A stretch of DNA of 64,000 nt, from assembly GCA_963782525.1 (NCBI GenBank), contig CAWAKC010000001.1:552390-616389 (forward strand), in the 5' to 3' direction. Under the pieces are notes generated by a model, which was not told the origin of the DNA, ran no database searches, and saw only the letters and a program-made list of their open reading frames with translations. Position 1 is the stretch's first letter. Each line of letters starts with the position of its first letter. Position numbers and translations under genes: made by a program. The stretch is from Candidatus Bathyarchaeota archaeon (GTDB lineage: Archaea; Thermoproteota; Bathyarchaeia; Bathyarchaeales; Bathycorpusculaceae). This document shows, piece by piece, positions 48,981 through 58,647 of this stretch.

Positions 48981-49361
48981 ATGATGGATGAGTACAGGAA
49001 AGGTTGGGCACTTCGGTACCTTCGTGAAGCCAAAGCTGAATTAGAAGCAGCACGAAAAATCCCGTACATGGCTCCAGGCTTAGTTGTTGAAGCTATACGG
49101 AAAGCCCGAAACGCTATTTACTACAGCCTTGGCGAGCCCGCCTTCATCGAAATACTCATCCGCGAGGAAGTAACCAAAAATCCTGCCACAAACGATTCTG
49201 TTCTGCGTTTTCTAATTGAAATCGAAACTATCGTTCAGCAGTTATCGCAGCTAGAAGAAGTGAATGGTGACGCCATGATGAAACAGGCAGATTCTATCGT
49301 GGACATCGCAACCGACATCGTGGAAACTTTAACGCAGGAAAAGTTTGAAAGTTTCAGCTAA
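48981..49361 (+). CDS. HEPN-like helical hypothetical protein
   Basis: WALRYLREAKAELEAA...AIRKA..AIYYSLG four-helix pattern. Confidence 0.6.
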   Translation: MMDEYRKGWALRYLREAKAELEAARKIPYMAPGLVVEAIRKARNAIYYSLGEPAFIEILIREEVTKNPATNDSVLRFLIEIETIVQQLSQLEEVNGDAMMKQADSIVDIATDIVETLTQEKFESFS

Positions 49362-49405
49362 ATTTTTAACAACAACTTCAATCTATATTTTAAGTGTGAA
49401 GATTA

Positions 49406-49690
49406 GTGCCTTTAACTGTAAAATTCATCGGTGCGCTGCGCCATCTTTCAGGAAAAACACAGTTAACAATCAATTTCCAGGAAGACATCTCAGTAAAGGG
49501 GGTGCTTGAAAAAATCAGCCAAGAAATCCCAGAGTTAAAGCATACGTTTAGCGACCAGGAACTTAACGATTCAAGGTCAAACTCACTAATACTTGTTAAC
49601 GGCAGAGAAATCAGCGTTTTAAGCGGGTATGAAACTAAATTGAGCGACGGGGATGAAATCGTTTTTGTTCCAGTTGTCCACGGCGGCTAA
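49406..49690 (+). CDS. MoaD/ThiS/SAMP ubiquitin-like protein
   Basis: LILVNGRE...LSDGDEIVFVPVVHGG with C-terminal GG. Confidence 0.9.
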   Translation: MPLTVKFIGALRHLSGKTQLTINFQEDISVKGVLEKISQEIPELKHTFSDQELNDSRSNSLILVNGREISVLSGYETKLSDGDEIVFVPVVHGG

Positions 49691-49696
49691 TAATCA

Positions 49697-50470
49697 ATGA
49701 TAACGTTAACCAGCGATTTTGGGTTAAAAGACCCATATGTGGCAGAGATGAAAGGTGCCATATTAACCATAAACCCAAAGGCAACAATAATCGACGTAAC
49801 GCATGATGTTCAAAAATTCAACATTCGGATGGGCGCTTTCATGCTGGCTTCAGCGGCACCTTACTTTCCCAGAGGCACCGTACATTTGGCAGTTGTAGAT
49901 CCTAGTGTGGGCACAGATAGAGACGCTATTTTAGTGCAGACTAAGCAGTGTTTTTTGGTTGGACCAGACAACGGCGTTTTGATGTTAGCGGCACAAAACA
50001 TGGAAATTGAGCACACTTACGAACTTACTAATCCAAAGTTTATGCGGATAGAAGTTTCAAGCACATTTCACGGCAGGGATATTTTTGCGCCTGCGACAGC
50101 TTATCTGGATATGGGCGTGAAGCCTGAGGAGTTTGGACCAGAAATAACCAACATAGTTATGCCTGGGTTTGCCCGCTTAAAATCAAGTAATGGGACATTA
50201 ACCGGCGAAGTATTGTACGTAGATAGCTTTGGTAACATAATCACAAACATTAGCCACAAAGAAATTGCTCAAGCAAAAACAGTCAACGTAAAACTTCCAA
50301 AGTTTTCTCTAAAGTTGTCCTTTGGCAAAACTTATGCACAAACTAAACCTCAAGAAGCCATAGCTCTGATAGGTAGCCATGGTTTTCTGGAAATAGCGCT
50401 AAACCAAGGTAGCGCAGCGGAAAAGTTTCACATTGCAACTGAAGACAATATTGAGGTCACGCCTGCTTAG
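49697..50470 (+). CDS. SAM hydrolase, DUF62 (chlorinase/fluorinase family)
   Basis: ITLTSDFG, VVDPSVG, STFHGRDIFAP, DSFGNIITN. Confidence 0.92.
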   Translation: MITLTSDFGLKDPYVAEMKGAILTINPKATIIDVTHDVQKFNIRMGAFMLASAAPYFPRGTVHLAVVDPSVGTDRDAILVQTKQCFLVGPDNGVLMLAAQNMEIEHTYELTNPKFMRIEVSSTFHGRDIFAPATAYLDMGVKPEEFGPEITNIVMPGFARLKSSNGTLTGEVLYVDSFGNIITNISHKEIAQAKTVNVKLPKFSLKLSFGKTYAQTKPQEAIALIGSHGFLEIALNQGSAAEKFHIATEDNIEVTPA

Positions 50471-51449
50471 TTTTTATGTTTTCAACGACTTTCTCGATAA
50501 CATCAACAGGGTTTTCTAATTCTGCTAGTTTTTCTTTTACGTTAAATCGTTTGCCCAAATTCTTCTCGGCGTATGCAAGAACTCGCTGTTCGGTTGTTAT
50601 TAACAAGGGGAAGCCCTTCTTTTCCAAATAGGTGTTCACGTAAGTTCTTGCCATGTCGGAGATTGCTATGCTTGGAACCCCTAGCAACGCAGCTTCCCTG
50701 GCGATGGTTCCCCCGTAACTTACCACTAAATCAGAGTTCGCAACCAAACTCACCGAATCTTCAAAGTCAGCCTTCACCCCAAAAGCATTGCTTTCTTCAT
50801 TGTACCGCTCGATTAAACGCACGTTTCCCAGTGACGCAAGATTATCTGCCAAAGTTTTTGCGTTGTCTTGCTTTCCACCTGCGTAAGCTGCTTTAGTTTC
50901 TATCTGCCTAACCACTATCAGGGGCTTCTTCAAACCTGCCATTTTTGCGGGCTTAAAATCTTTAATCCATGCAACTTCATCAACGCCTTTGAAGGAAACG
51001 ACATTTTTTTTTGCGCAGTAGGTCCGGGTGAAGCTTTTAGGCAAAGCTTCCGAAACCACCACTGTATGAGCAAACGGTATCGTTAGCCTGTTGGTGGCTA
51101 AAGCGTGGGGTGTATCGGCGGTTAGAATTATGGGGATTCCTAAGCCAAAGGCTGTGCGACAGAGCTCAACTGATTGGTGTGCAATAGCGATGTCTGGTCG
51201 GTTGTCTTTGAAGAGTTTTGCGAACTGAATTATGCGTTCAGCGCTCTCTTCAAGCCTCGAGATAAGTGTTGATGGGTTGTATTTGCCTACGACGATAGGT
51301 TCTTCTCCAAGAATTTTGGCAAGCGCAACTGTGTCTGGGTGTTCTCGGGTTGTGAAAATAAATTCATGCCCCGATTTCCTAAGACGCTTACCAATTGCAA
51401 CACCATATCTTGTATGCTTGCCTGTGCAGGCGTCATACCAAATTTTCAT
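50457..51449 (-). CDS. DUF354 family GT-B fold protein
   Basis: MKIWYD...KH, GGTIAREAALLGVPSI. Confidence 0.85.
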   Translation of the reverse strand: MKIWYDACTGKHTRYGVAIGKRLRKSGHEFIFTTREHPDTVALAKILGEEPIVVGKYNPSTLISRLEESAERIIQFAKLFKDNRPDIAIAHQSVELCRTAFGLGIPIILTADTPHALATNRLTIPFAHTVVVSEALPKSFTRTYCAKKNVVSFKGVDEVAWIKDFKPAKMAGLKKPLIVVRQIETKAAYAGGKQDNAKTLADNLASLGNVRLIERYNEESNAFGVKADFEDSVSLVANSDLVVSYGGTIAREAALLGVPSIAISDMARTYVNTYLEKKGFPLLITTEQRVLAYAEKNLGKRFNVKEKLAELENPVDVIEKVVENIKTKQA

Positions 51450-51958
51450 TATTGCACCTTTCTCTGTTCCTTTAGGAAGGCTTCGCGCTTGGTTTCGTAT
51501 GCCTCCAAAGACATGACCTTTTTGGCGGGTGTGCCAGCCACAACGGTTTTAGGCGGCACATCTTTAGCTACAACGCTTCCTCCGCCAACAACGGCTTTTT
51601 CACCTACAGTAACGTTTGGAAGGATTGTGACTCCTCCGCCAATTGCAGCGCCTTCTTTAATGATTGGCGGAGTCAGGTAGCTGCTTTTTGGGTACTTGTC
51701 GTTTAGCAGACTGCTGTTTGGCGCGATGAATACGTTGTCGCCTAAGACACAGCCATTAGAGATGGTTACGTGTGCCTGTATGTTGCAGTTTTTGCCTAAA
51801 ACTACGTTCTTGCCGATGTCAACAAAGCTCCCAATCATGGTGCCGTCGCCGATTTTGGTGCCGTCTCCGATCACAACATAGTTCCAGATGGATACATCTT
51901 TGCCTATCTCTACATTTGCGCCTGTTATGATGCCGGTGCCTTTCTTTGGATTCTGCAT
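51449..51958 (-). CDS. Hexapeptide-repeat N-acetyltransferase (WbpD-like)
   Basis: Left-handed beta-helix repeats, LNDKYP, VAGTPAK. Confidence 0.88.
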   Translation of the reverse strand: MQNPKKGTGIITGANVEIGKDVSIWNYVVIGDGTKIGDGTMIGSFVDIGKNVVLGKNCNIQAHVTISNGCVLGDNVFIAPNSSLLNDKYPKSSYLTPPIIKEGAAIGGGVTILPNVTVGEKAVVGGGSVVAKDVPPKTVVAGTPAKKVMSLEAYETKREAFLKEQRKVQ

Positions 51959-52029
51959 GCTTGTCCTTTCGAGCTCCAGATTTAAATAGTTTAACATTAA
52001 CTTGAGTTCTCCAATGATGGTGGCATGCT

Positions 52030-52923
52030 TTGGCTAAAGAAACCGTTTTGATTATTGGATTAGGTGAGATAGGCCACACCCTCTTCACATTATATGGTGA
52101 AGCTAAAGGAAAATTCTCGGTTTATGGTTTAGATTTAGACATGGAAAAAATGAAAGCACTGGACCAAATCAAAGAAAACATTCCAGCCAAAGTGGACACC
52201 CTGCAAGTTTGCCTTCCATGCGGTAGCCCAGAAAAATTCACTGAAATAATCAAAGGCTACGTTGATCAGTATAAGCCCAAACTCGTAATCATTAACAGCA
52301 CTGTTCCACCCGGAACCACACTCAAAGTCGCTGCATCCTGCAAATGCCTTGTCGCCAATTCGCCCGCCCGCGGCGTTCACATAAACGTTGAGCATATGGT
52401 TTGGGAAATGAAGCGTTGGACCAAATATGTTGGCGGCGCTGACGCAGCTGCATCAAAAGCTGCTAAAGTCCATTTCGAGAAGCTAGGACTCAGAGTCAAG
52501 GTCCTCAAAAGCTGCCGCGAAACCGAATTGGCAAAACTATTCGAAACCACCTACCGTGCTTGGATGATTGCATGCTTCCAAGAAATGCACCGAATCTCAA
52601 GGGCTGTCGACGCCGAATTCGATGAAACAGTGGATTTCCTCGAAGACACTCATAAAGAGCGTTTTGATAGGCCAGTCATGTTCCCGGGAGTAATCCGCGG
52701 GCACTGCCTTATCCCTAACACCGAACTTTTGCTTAAAAGTTACGACTCAGAGTTCCTTAGGCTAATCTTGAAGTCAAACGAGAAACGCAAAGAAGAAATC
52801 AAAGACGCAACGGTTAAGGCTGAAGCTGATAAGGTTGCAGCGAGGGCAATTGCTCTGGAAAAGAAGCTTGCAGGACCAAAAAACGTGGTTTTAGACGAGA
52901 AAAACTCATCAGGATGCACTTAG
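52030..52923 (+). CDS. Short UDP-glucose/GDP-mannose dehydrogenase family protein
   Basis: IGLGEIG, INSTVPPGTT, ELAKLFETTYR, GHCLIPN; no C-terminal UDP-binding domain. Confidence 0.8.
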   Translation: MAKETVLIIGLGEIGHTLFTLYGEAKGKFSVYGLDLDMEKMKALDQIKENIPAKVDTLQVCLPCGSPEKFTEIIKGYVDQYKPKLVIINSTVPPGTTLKVAASCKCLVANSPARGVHINVEHMVWEMKRWTKYVGGADAAASKAAKVHFEKLGLRVKVLKSCRETELAKLFETTYRAWMIACFQEMHRISRAVDAEFDETVDFLEDTHKERFDRPVMFPGVIRGHCLIPNTELLLKSYDSEFLRLILKSNEKRKEEIKDATVKAEADKVAARAIALEKKLAGPKNVVLDEKNSSGCT

Positions 52924-53065
52924 AATCTCTGAAAAGATCCTTTCAATCAAAGTTAATTTTCCTCCTTTACCTAACATCTATGAGTTTCTGAAAAGAGCGA
53001 CCAATAGGATTCAAATGGGTTGGCTACAATATTCTTTTATTCTTGCTTAAAGCCTAAGTTAATTT

Positions 53066-53464
53066 ATGCATGAATGGGCGCTCGCTGAAGCAATCCTCGC
53101 ATCCGCCAAGCAAGTTGCGGAACAGGAAAAATTAAAGGAAGTTACAGAAGTCACCATCAAAGTCGGCGAGCTCCAACAGATTGAACCACCCATCCTACGA
53201 TTTGCCCTCACCCAATTGAAACCAGAGCTCTTTAAGAACACCAAATTCCACATTCTCAAAGCCAAGTCAACGCTAAAATGCAGAGTCTGCGCCACCACTT
53301 GGCAATTCAACCTAAAAAAACTCGACAAAGCCACCGCCGAAGCCATCCATTTTGTTCCTGAAGCCGCACACAGTTTTATCAAGTGCCCAAAATGCGGCAG
53401 CCCCGACTTTGAGATAGTAACCGGACGCGGTGTTTGGCTTGAGGACATAAAAGGAGCCAAATAA
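53066..53464 (+). CDS. hypA: Hydrogenase nickel metallochaperone HypA
   Basis: MHEWALA, CRVC...EAIHFVPE...CPKCGS. Confidence 0.93.
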   Translation: MHEWALAEAILASAKQVAEQEKLKEVTEVTIKVGELQQIEPPILRFALTQLKPELFKNTKFHILKAKSTLKCRVCATTWQFNLKKLDKATAEAIHFVPEAAHSFIKCPKCGSPDFEIVTGRGVWLEDIKGAK

Positions 53465-53465
53465 G

Positions 53466-54203
53466 ATGATTGACCCGCGGTCAAGCGTAATTAACCAACG
53501 TTTAAGCAAAATAAACCGAGTTATTGCCATTTCCAGCGGCAAAGGTGGCGTAGGCAAGAGTATGGTTGCAAGTGCTTTAGCGTTGTCGCTTGCTAAAGAA
53601 GGATGCAGGGTTGGCTTATTTGATTTAGACTTCACGGGTCCATCGACGCACATAATTCTTGGCGTTTCGGCAAATGTGCAGCCTAAAGAAGAAAAAGGCC
53701 TGGTCCCACCAATCGTTGACGGCTTTGCGTACATGTCGCTTGTTTATTTTGTTGGGGATAACCCTGCTCCGTTGCGTGGTGCGGACGTTTCAAACGCATT
53801 GATCGAACTCTTATCTGTTACCCAATGGGGAAGTCTTGATTTTCTGATTATCGACATGCCGCCTGGAATCGGCGATGCAGTTTTGGATTTAGTACGACTG
53901 GTTGAACATTTAGAATTCTTGATTATCACTACGTCGTCGCTTTTGGCATTTGAAGTCGTCAAAAAACAGGTTGCTTTGCTATGTGAGCTAAAGATGCCTG
54001 TAATCGGGATAGTTGAGAACATGAAGATGGACAACGCAAAAGCAGTTGAAGTGGCAACCGAGAAGTTGGGGCTAAGGTACCTTGGCGCAATCCCCTATGA
54101 CCCGAAAGTTGAAGCAGCAATCGGCAACCCAGAAAAACTGTTGGAAACCGCCGTGGGCAAAATGATGGCGCAAATCAAAAAAGCAGCAAAATCCCAAAAG
54201 TGA
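53466..54203 (+). CDS. hypB: Mrp/MinD-type ATPase, likely ATPase-type HypB
   Basis: SGKGGVGKS, DLDF, DMPPG, VENM; lacks the CxxC of Mrp/ApbC; directly follows hypA as in Thermococcus. Confidence 0.75.
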   Translation: MIDPRSSVINQRLSKINRVIAISSGKGGVGKSMVASALALSLAKEGCRVGLFDLDFTGPSTHIILGVSANVQPKEEKGLVPPIVDGFAYMSLVYFVGDNPAPLRGADVSNALIELLSVTQWGSLDFLIIDMPPGIGDAVLDLVRLVEHLEFLIITTSSLLAFEVVKKQVALLCELKMPVIGIVENMKMDNAKAVEVATEKLGLRYLGAIPYDPKVEAAIGNPEKLLETAVGKMMAQIKKAAKSQK

Positions 54204-54209
54204 ATTTAA

Positions 54210-54944
54210 ATGGTCTGTAGAGCAGTCATTTTTGATTATATCGGCACCTTGGTTAATTGCAGAAACTATACGATGGAAGCATCAAAACTGAACCTTCATC
54301 GGACGCTGGTGACTGAGGGTTTCGATGTAGCCAAGGATAGGTTTTTAGACGCTTATGATTTGGCACATGAGAAATACCGCAAAGTACGCTACGGACAACT
54401 GCGGGAAGTGACTAACTCAGTCTGGGTGGCAGAAGCTTTGGGAAATTTAGGCTTTGAAGTGTCAACTGAAGACTGTCACATTAAGGCTGCTTTGAACGTT
54501 TTTTTTCAAGATTTTATAGAAACTCTTGAGCTTAGGGAAGGCACAAAAAAGCTGCTCCGCGAAACCAAAGCACAGGGCAAAGTAGGTTTAATCTCCAACT
54601 TCACCTACGCGCCAGTCATCTACAAGAGCCTAAGAAAAATGGGAATCAGCGAATTTTTTAATACTGTTGTTGTTTCGGAAGAGGTAGGCTGGCGAAAACC
54701 CAGCGAACACATATTCCAAGAAGCCCTAAATAGGCTCCAAATCCAAGCATGCGAAGCCGTTTACATCGGAGACAGCCCAAACGAAGACATCAAAGGCGCC
54801 AAACAGGCAGGACTAAAAACCGTCTTTGTTCCTTCACAATTCAACAAACTAAAAGACCTCAGGGAAAGCAAACAGAAACCAGACAACATCGCCAAAGACC
54901 TAAAAGCTATCTACCAGAGTCTGAGCCAAATTCTTTCCCTCTAA
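54210..54944 (+). CDS. HAD-family hydrolase
   Basis: FDYIGTL, ISN, RKP, IGDSPNEDIKGA. Confidence 0.9.
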   Translation: MVCRAVIFDYIGTLVNCRNYTMEASKLNLHRTLVTEGFDVAKDRFLDAYDLAHEKYRKVRYGQLREVTNSVWVAEALGNLGFEVSTEDCHIKAALNVFFQDFIETLELREGTKKLLRETKAQGKVGLISNFTYAPVIYKSLRKMGISEFFNTVVVSEEVGWRKPSEHIFQEALNRLQIQACEAVYIGDSPNEDIKGAKQAGLKTVFVPSQFNKLKDLRESKQKPDNIAKDLKAIYQSLSQILSL

Positions 54945-55109
54945 AAGGGTAACTTTAAGAGTATAAATAAAAGGGGCTTGTAGGAAAAAATCGCTTCCAT
55001 CGCTCCAGTAATCAAAATTATCCCGTCATCAAATTCAAGGCGACTTGGCGCGAACAAATGTTTTATACACCCTCAACCAAACAATGGAGATTAAAAAAGA
55101 GGAAGAAAA

Positions 55110-55610
55110 ATGTATCAACAGAATCAAGTTCAAAACCAACCAACCGCAGCCTATTGGCTATCGATGATAGGTGGAATACTAGGCGTTTTAGGTGCCTTAG
55201 TCTTAATCGGGTTTGGTGCACTTGTTGGCGCTGTCACTTTCGGATTCGGCTTCGCAGTCATTGGCGGATTAGGAATCTGGATTCTCATATGCTCCATAGT
55301 TGTCATCGTTGCAGCTCAAAGACTAAAAGCCAATCCCCTTGAACACTCCAAATGGGGAGCCCTCATCTTGGTGTTCTCGATCATCGGGGGATGGTCAATT
55401 CTCGACTTCATCGGCGGCATCTTGGCACTTGTTTACAAACCAATACGTGCAGGAGCACCTCAGCAGCAATATGGTCCACCACCCCAGCAACCATACTATG
55501 GACCACCACAACAAGCACCTTATGCACCTACAAGAGTCTGCCCACAATGCGGAAAAGTAGTGCAAGATAACGTCAAGTTCTGCCCTAACTGCGGCAAACA
55601 ACTAAACTAA
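55110..55610 (+). CDS. Membrane protein with Pro/Gln linker and C-terminal zinc ribbon
   Basis: PTAAYWLSMIGGIL TM helices, PQQ repeats, CPQCG...CPNCG. Confidence 0.8.
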   Translation: MYQQNQVQNQPTAAYWLSMIGGILGVLGALVLIGFGALVGAVTFGFGFAVIGGLGIWILICSIVVIVAAQRLKANPLEHSKWGALILVFSIIGGWSILDFIGGILALVYKPIRAGAPQQQYGPPPQQPYYGPPQQAPYAPTRVCPQCGKVVQDNVKFCPNCGKQLN

Positions 55611-55672
55611 AAAGCAAAAACGCTTTTTGGTAAACCAACTTTTTCACTTTTTCAACAATAAAAAAAGAAAAA

Positions 55673-56905
55673 TTAGATTTTCTTTGTTGTAGTCGCCGTT
55701 TCCAGAGCCACAACCCCTGGAAGCTTCTTACCCATTAAGAATTCTATAAGTGCTCCGCCTGCAGTGCTTATGTAACCGATTTTTTTGGTTAACCCATATT
55801 CTTGGATGGCTGCGATGGTGTTTCCGCCGCCTGCCAACGAGAAGGCTTTGCTGTTTGCGATTGCTTCGAAGACTTTTTTAGTTCCGTAGTTGAATTCTTT
55901 GTTTTCGTAGACGCCCATGGGTCCGCTGACAACGATAGATTTGGCATTGGCAATGATTTTTCCGTATGATTCAACGGTTTTACCGCCGATGTCCATGATG
56001 GAGTTATCTGTTGGGAGTTTGCTGACTGAGATTTCTTTGCGTTTGCCGTTAACATCTAACGCGAAGTCAAACGGAACCATCACTTTATCGCCGAACTGTT
56101 CCTCTAACGCTTTAATGCCGGGAATCAAACCAGTCAACTCTTTCTTTGCCAAATAGGTCATGTTTCCCTTACCCAAATCAAAGCCTTTAGCTGCCAAGAA
56201 CAATTGACCAGTAACACCGCCTGTAAGCACATAATCTGCGATACCATTACCCAAAACGTACTTGCTAATTTCTAGTGAATCGTCGGCTTTTGCTCCACCC
56301 ATAACATAGACCGATGGTTTTTCAGGTTTTTCGAGTGCTTTGCTTAGAGATTTAAGTTCACGTTCCATTATGCGTCCAGCTGCGGAGGGCAAAACTGCGG
56401 TGAATCCAACCATGCTTACGTGTCCACGATGGGCAGCGGCAAATGCGTCATTAACAAACAAATCTACCAATGGAGCGAGATTTTGGACAAGCTCTGTTTT
56501 GCTGGCTTCTTCAGGAGTCATGCTCTTGGTTTCTTTATCCCAGCTGCGAACGTTTTCGAGGACAAGGATTTCTCCGCTCTGCAGATTTTTAATTGCTGCT
56601 TTGGCTTTGTCGCCAAAGATGTCATCGACATATTTTACTGGACACTTGAGAATTTTGCCAAGGATTTCAGCGTGTTCTTTTAGGGGTGTGTAGTCAGGGT
56701 CTCCTTTTCTGCCTTGGTGAGCGAGAACGACAGTTTTGGCGCCTTTTTCAGCGAGTTCTTTGAGCGTTGATTCAGCGTGGGCTTTTATTCGCACGTCGCT
56801 TGTGACCTTCTTTGTTTGGGGGTCGATTTCAGAGTTAAAATCAACTCTGACCAAAACTACTTTGTTTTTAACGTCAAAATCATCTAATGTCTTGTATTTT
56901 GCCAT
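55673..56905 (-). CDS. pgk: Phosphoglycerate kinase
   Basis: RVDFN, AHQGR, LENVR, NDAFAAAHR, STAGGA. Confidence 0.96.
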   Translation of the reverse strand: MAKYKTLDDFDVKNKVVLVRVDFNSEIDPQTKKVTSDVRIKAHAESTLKELAEKGAKTVVLAHQGRKGDPDYTPLKEHAEILGKILKCPVKYVDDIFGDKAKAAIKNLQSGEILVLENVRSWDKETKSMTPEEASKTELVQNLAPLVDLFVNDAFAAAHRGHVSMVGFTAVLPSAAGRIMERELKSLSKALEKPEKPSVYVMGGAKADDSLEISKYVLGNGIADYVLTGGVTGQLFLAAKGFDLGKGNMTYLAKKELTGLIPGIKALEEQFGDKVMVPFDFALDVNGKRKEISVSKLPTDNSIMDIGGKTVESYGKIIANAKSIVVSGPMGVYENKEFNYGTKKVFEAIANSKAFSLAGGGNTIAAIQEYGLTKKIGYISTAGGALIEFLMGKKLPGVVALETATTTKKI

Positions 56906-56969
56906 GCTAGTCACTTCTCTTATTTTTTAAAAAAAGAAAAGAAAGGATGAATCAGTGTTTAATCTAGTT

Positions 56970-57992
56970 TTAGAGTTTGGCTTTTTTGCCAATCATTTCG
57001 ATGAAGTCAACCATGCGGTTGCTAAAGCCCCATTCGTTGTCATACCATGCGAAGACCTTCACGAAGTTGCTTTTCTCGCCAAGAACCATGGTTAAGTCTG
57101 CATCGAAGACGCTGCTGTATGTGCTGTGGAGAACGTCTGTGCTTACGATTGGATCTTCAGTGTATTGCAATATGCCTTTAAGTTCGCCTTCCGCTGCCTT
57201 CTTCATAGCCGCGTTGATTTCAGCTTTAGTTGTTTCTTTTCCTAGGACTGCAACTAAGTCAACTATAGATACGTCTGGGGTTGGGACACGCAGCGAATAA
57301 CCGTTCATCTTTCCTGCACAGCTTGGCAAGACTAAGCCGATTGCTTTGGCCGCGCCCGTGCTGGTTGGGATGATGTTGATTGCTGCTGCTCTTGCGCGTC
57401 TTGGGTCTTTATGGACTATGTCTTGGATTTTCTGATCGTTTGTATAGCTGTGGCAGGTGGTCATGAGGGCTTTTTCTAATCCAAAGTTGTCTGAGAGGAC
57501 TTTGCTTATGGGTGCTAAGCCGTTTGTTGTGCAGCTTGCGTTCGAGAGGATATTGTGTTTTTCTGGGTCGTATGTTTTATCATTTATCCCTAAAACGATT
57601 GTTGCATCAGGGTTTTCTGCTGGGGCTGAGATGAGGACTTTTTTGGCTCCAGCTGTGAGGTGTTTGGTTGCGCCTTCACGGTTAGTGAATAAGCCTGTGG
57701 ATTCAACTGCTAAGTAGACGCCCATGTCTTTCCATGGGAGTTGTGCAGGGTCTTTTACACTAAGACACTTGAGGTCTTTTCCGTTGACGACCAGGTCGTT
57801 GCCTTTTACTTCAACTGTTCCTGGGAAGTGTCCGTGTACGGAGTCGTACTTGAGCAAATGAGCGTTAGCTTTTGCATCTGCCAAGTCATTTATGGCTACA
57901 AAATCAATATTTGCGTTCTTTTCGATTGCCGCTCTGTAGAGTAGTCTTCCGATTCTTCCAAAACCGTTAATTCCAACTTTAATGTTCGCCAA
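56970..57992 (-). CDS. gap: Type I (bacterial-type) glyceraldehyde-3-phosphate dehydrogenase
   Basis: [39 protein letters not shown]. Confidence 0.95.
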   Translation of the reverse strand: MANIKVGINGFGRIGRLLYRAAIEKNANIDFVAINDLADAKANAHLLKYDSVHGHFPGTVEVKGNDLVVNGKDLKCLSVKDPAQLPWKDMGVYLAVESTGLFTNREGATKHLTAGAKKVLISAPAENPDATIVLGINDKTYDPEKHNILSNASCTTNGLAPISKVLSDNFGLEKALMTTCHSYTNDQKIQDIVHKDPRRARAAAINIIPTSTGAAKAIGLVLPSCAGKMNGYSLRVPTPDVSIVDLVAVLGKETTKAEINAAMKKAAEGELKGILQYTEDPIVSTDVLHSTYSSVFDADLTMVLGEKSNFVKVFAWYDNEWGFSNRMVDFIEMIGKKAKL

Positions 57993-58155
57993 TAATAATC
58001 ACCTATGTTACACATTTGTACAATTAACTATGAACTTATTAATTTTCCGACCAAAAAAACGGTCATAACAAGCGCAAACTCAACTGCTTAGAAAGATATA
58101 GCCTACCTCTATAAAGTGAGGGCGGGTTCTTTTGGCTGGAAGGGTTGAAAATGGT

Positions 58156-58569
58156 TTAGTAGAGACCGCCTTCTTTGAAGTAATGGTACTCTTCTTTTTT
58201 AGGACCAAAACTTCTCACGCCATCCTGCTTCAGCTGGCAACGCATTTGCTCGGCTACTTCTTTTGTTATTTCGCCCTTCTTTTGCAAGTAAGCAATGATC
58301 TCTTCCGCTTGCGCTTCTGTATCGCACCGACGAATAAAATCTACGGCGGATGGGTTAAAATGACGCAGTTTATCAGGCGTCTCTGTATGGGATGTAAACT
58401 CTTCTTCGGTGCAGTCACATTCTTCGCCAACTTCGCCAACAACTGCTTCTTCCTCAGCTTCTAACGGGTTTTTACGCACGGCATTTATAGGAACTTTGAC
58501 TTCTCCGTTTTCGAGTTCCTCGTAGAGATGAGGAAAGATTTTTTTGATGGATTTTTTATCGATTGCCAT
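58156..58569 (-). CDS. DUF2095 family protein
   Basis: FPHLYEEL...PSAVDFIRRCDT..A.EII.YL...GEI...GVRSFG. Confidence 0.85.
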   Translation of the reverse strand: MAIDKKSIKKIFPHLYEELENGEVKVPINAVRKNPLEAEEEAVVGEVGEECDCTEEEFTSHTETPDKLRHFNPSAVDFIRRCDTEAQAEEIIAYLQKKGEITKEVAEQMRCQLKQDGVRSFGPKKEEYHYFKEGGLY

Positions 58570-58647
58570 CTTGCATCAGTCTACAAAATAGTATTTGAAG
58601 GGGTCATTTATTTTCTTTTTTGATGAAAAAACAGTTTTTGGCGAGAA

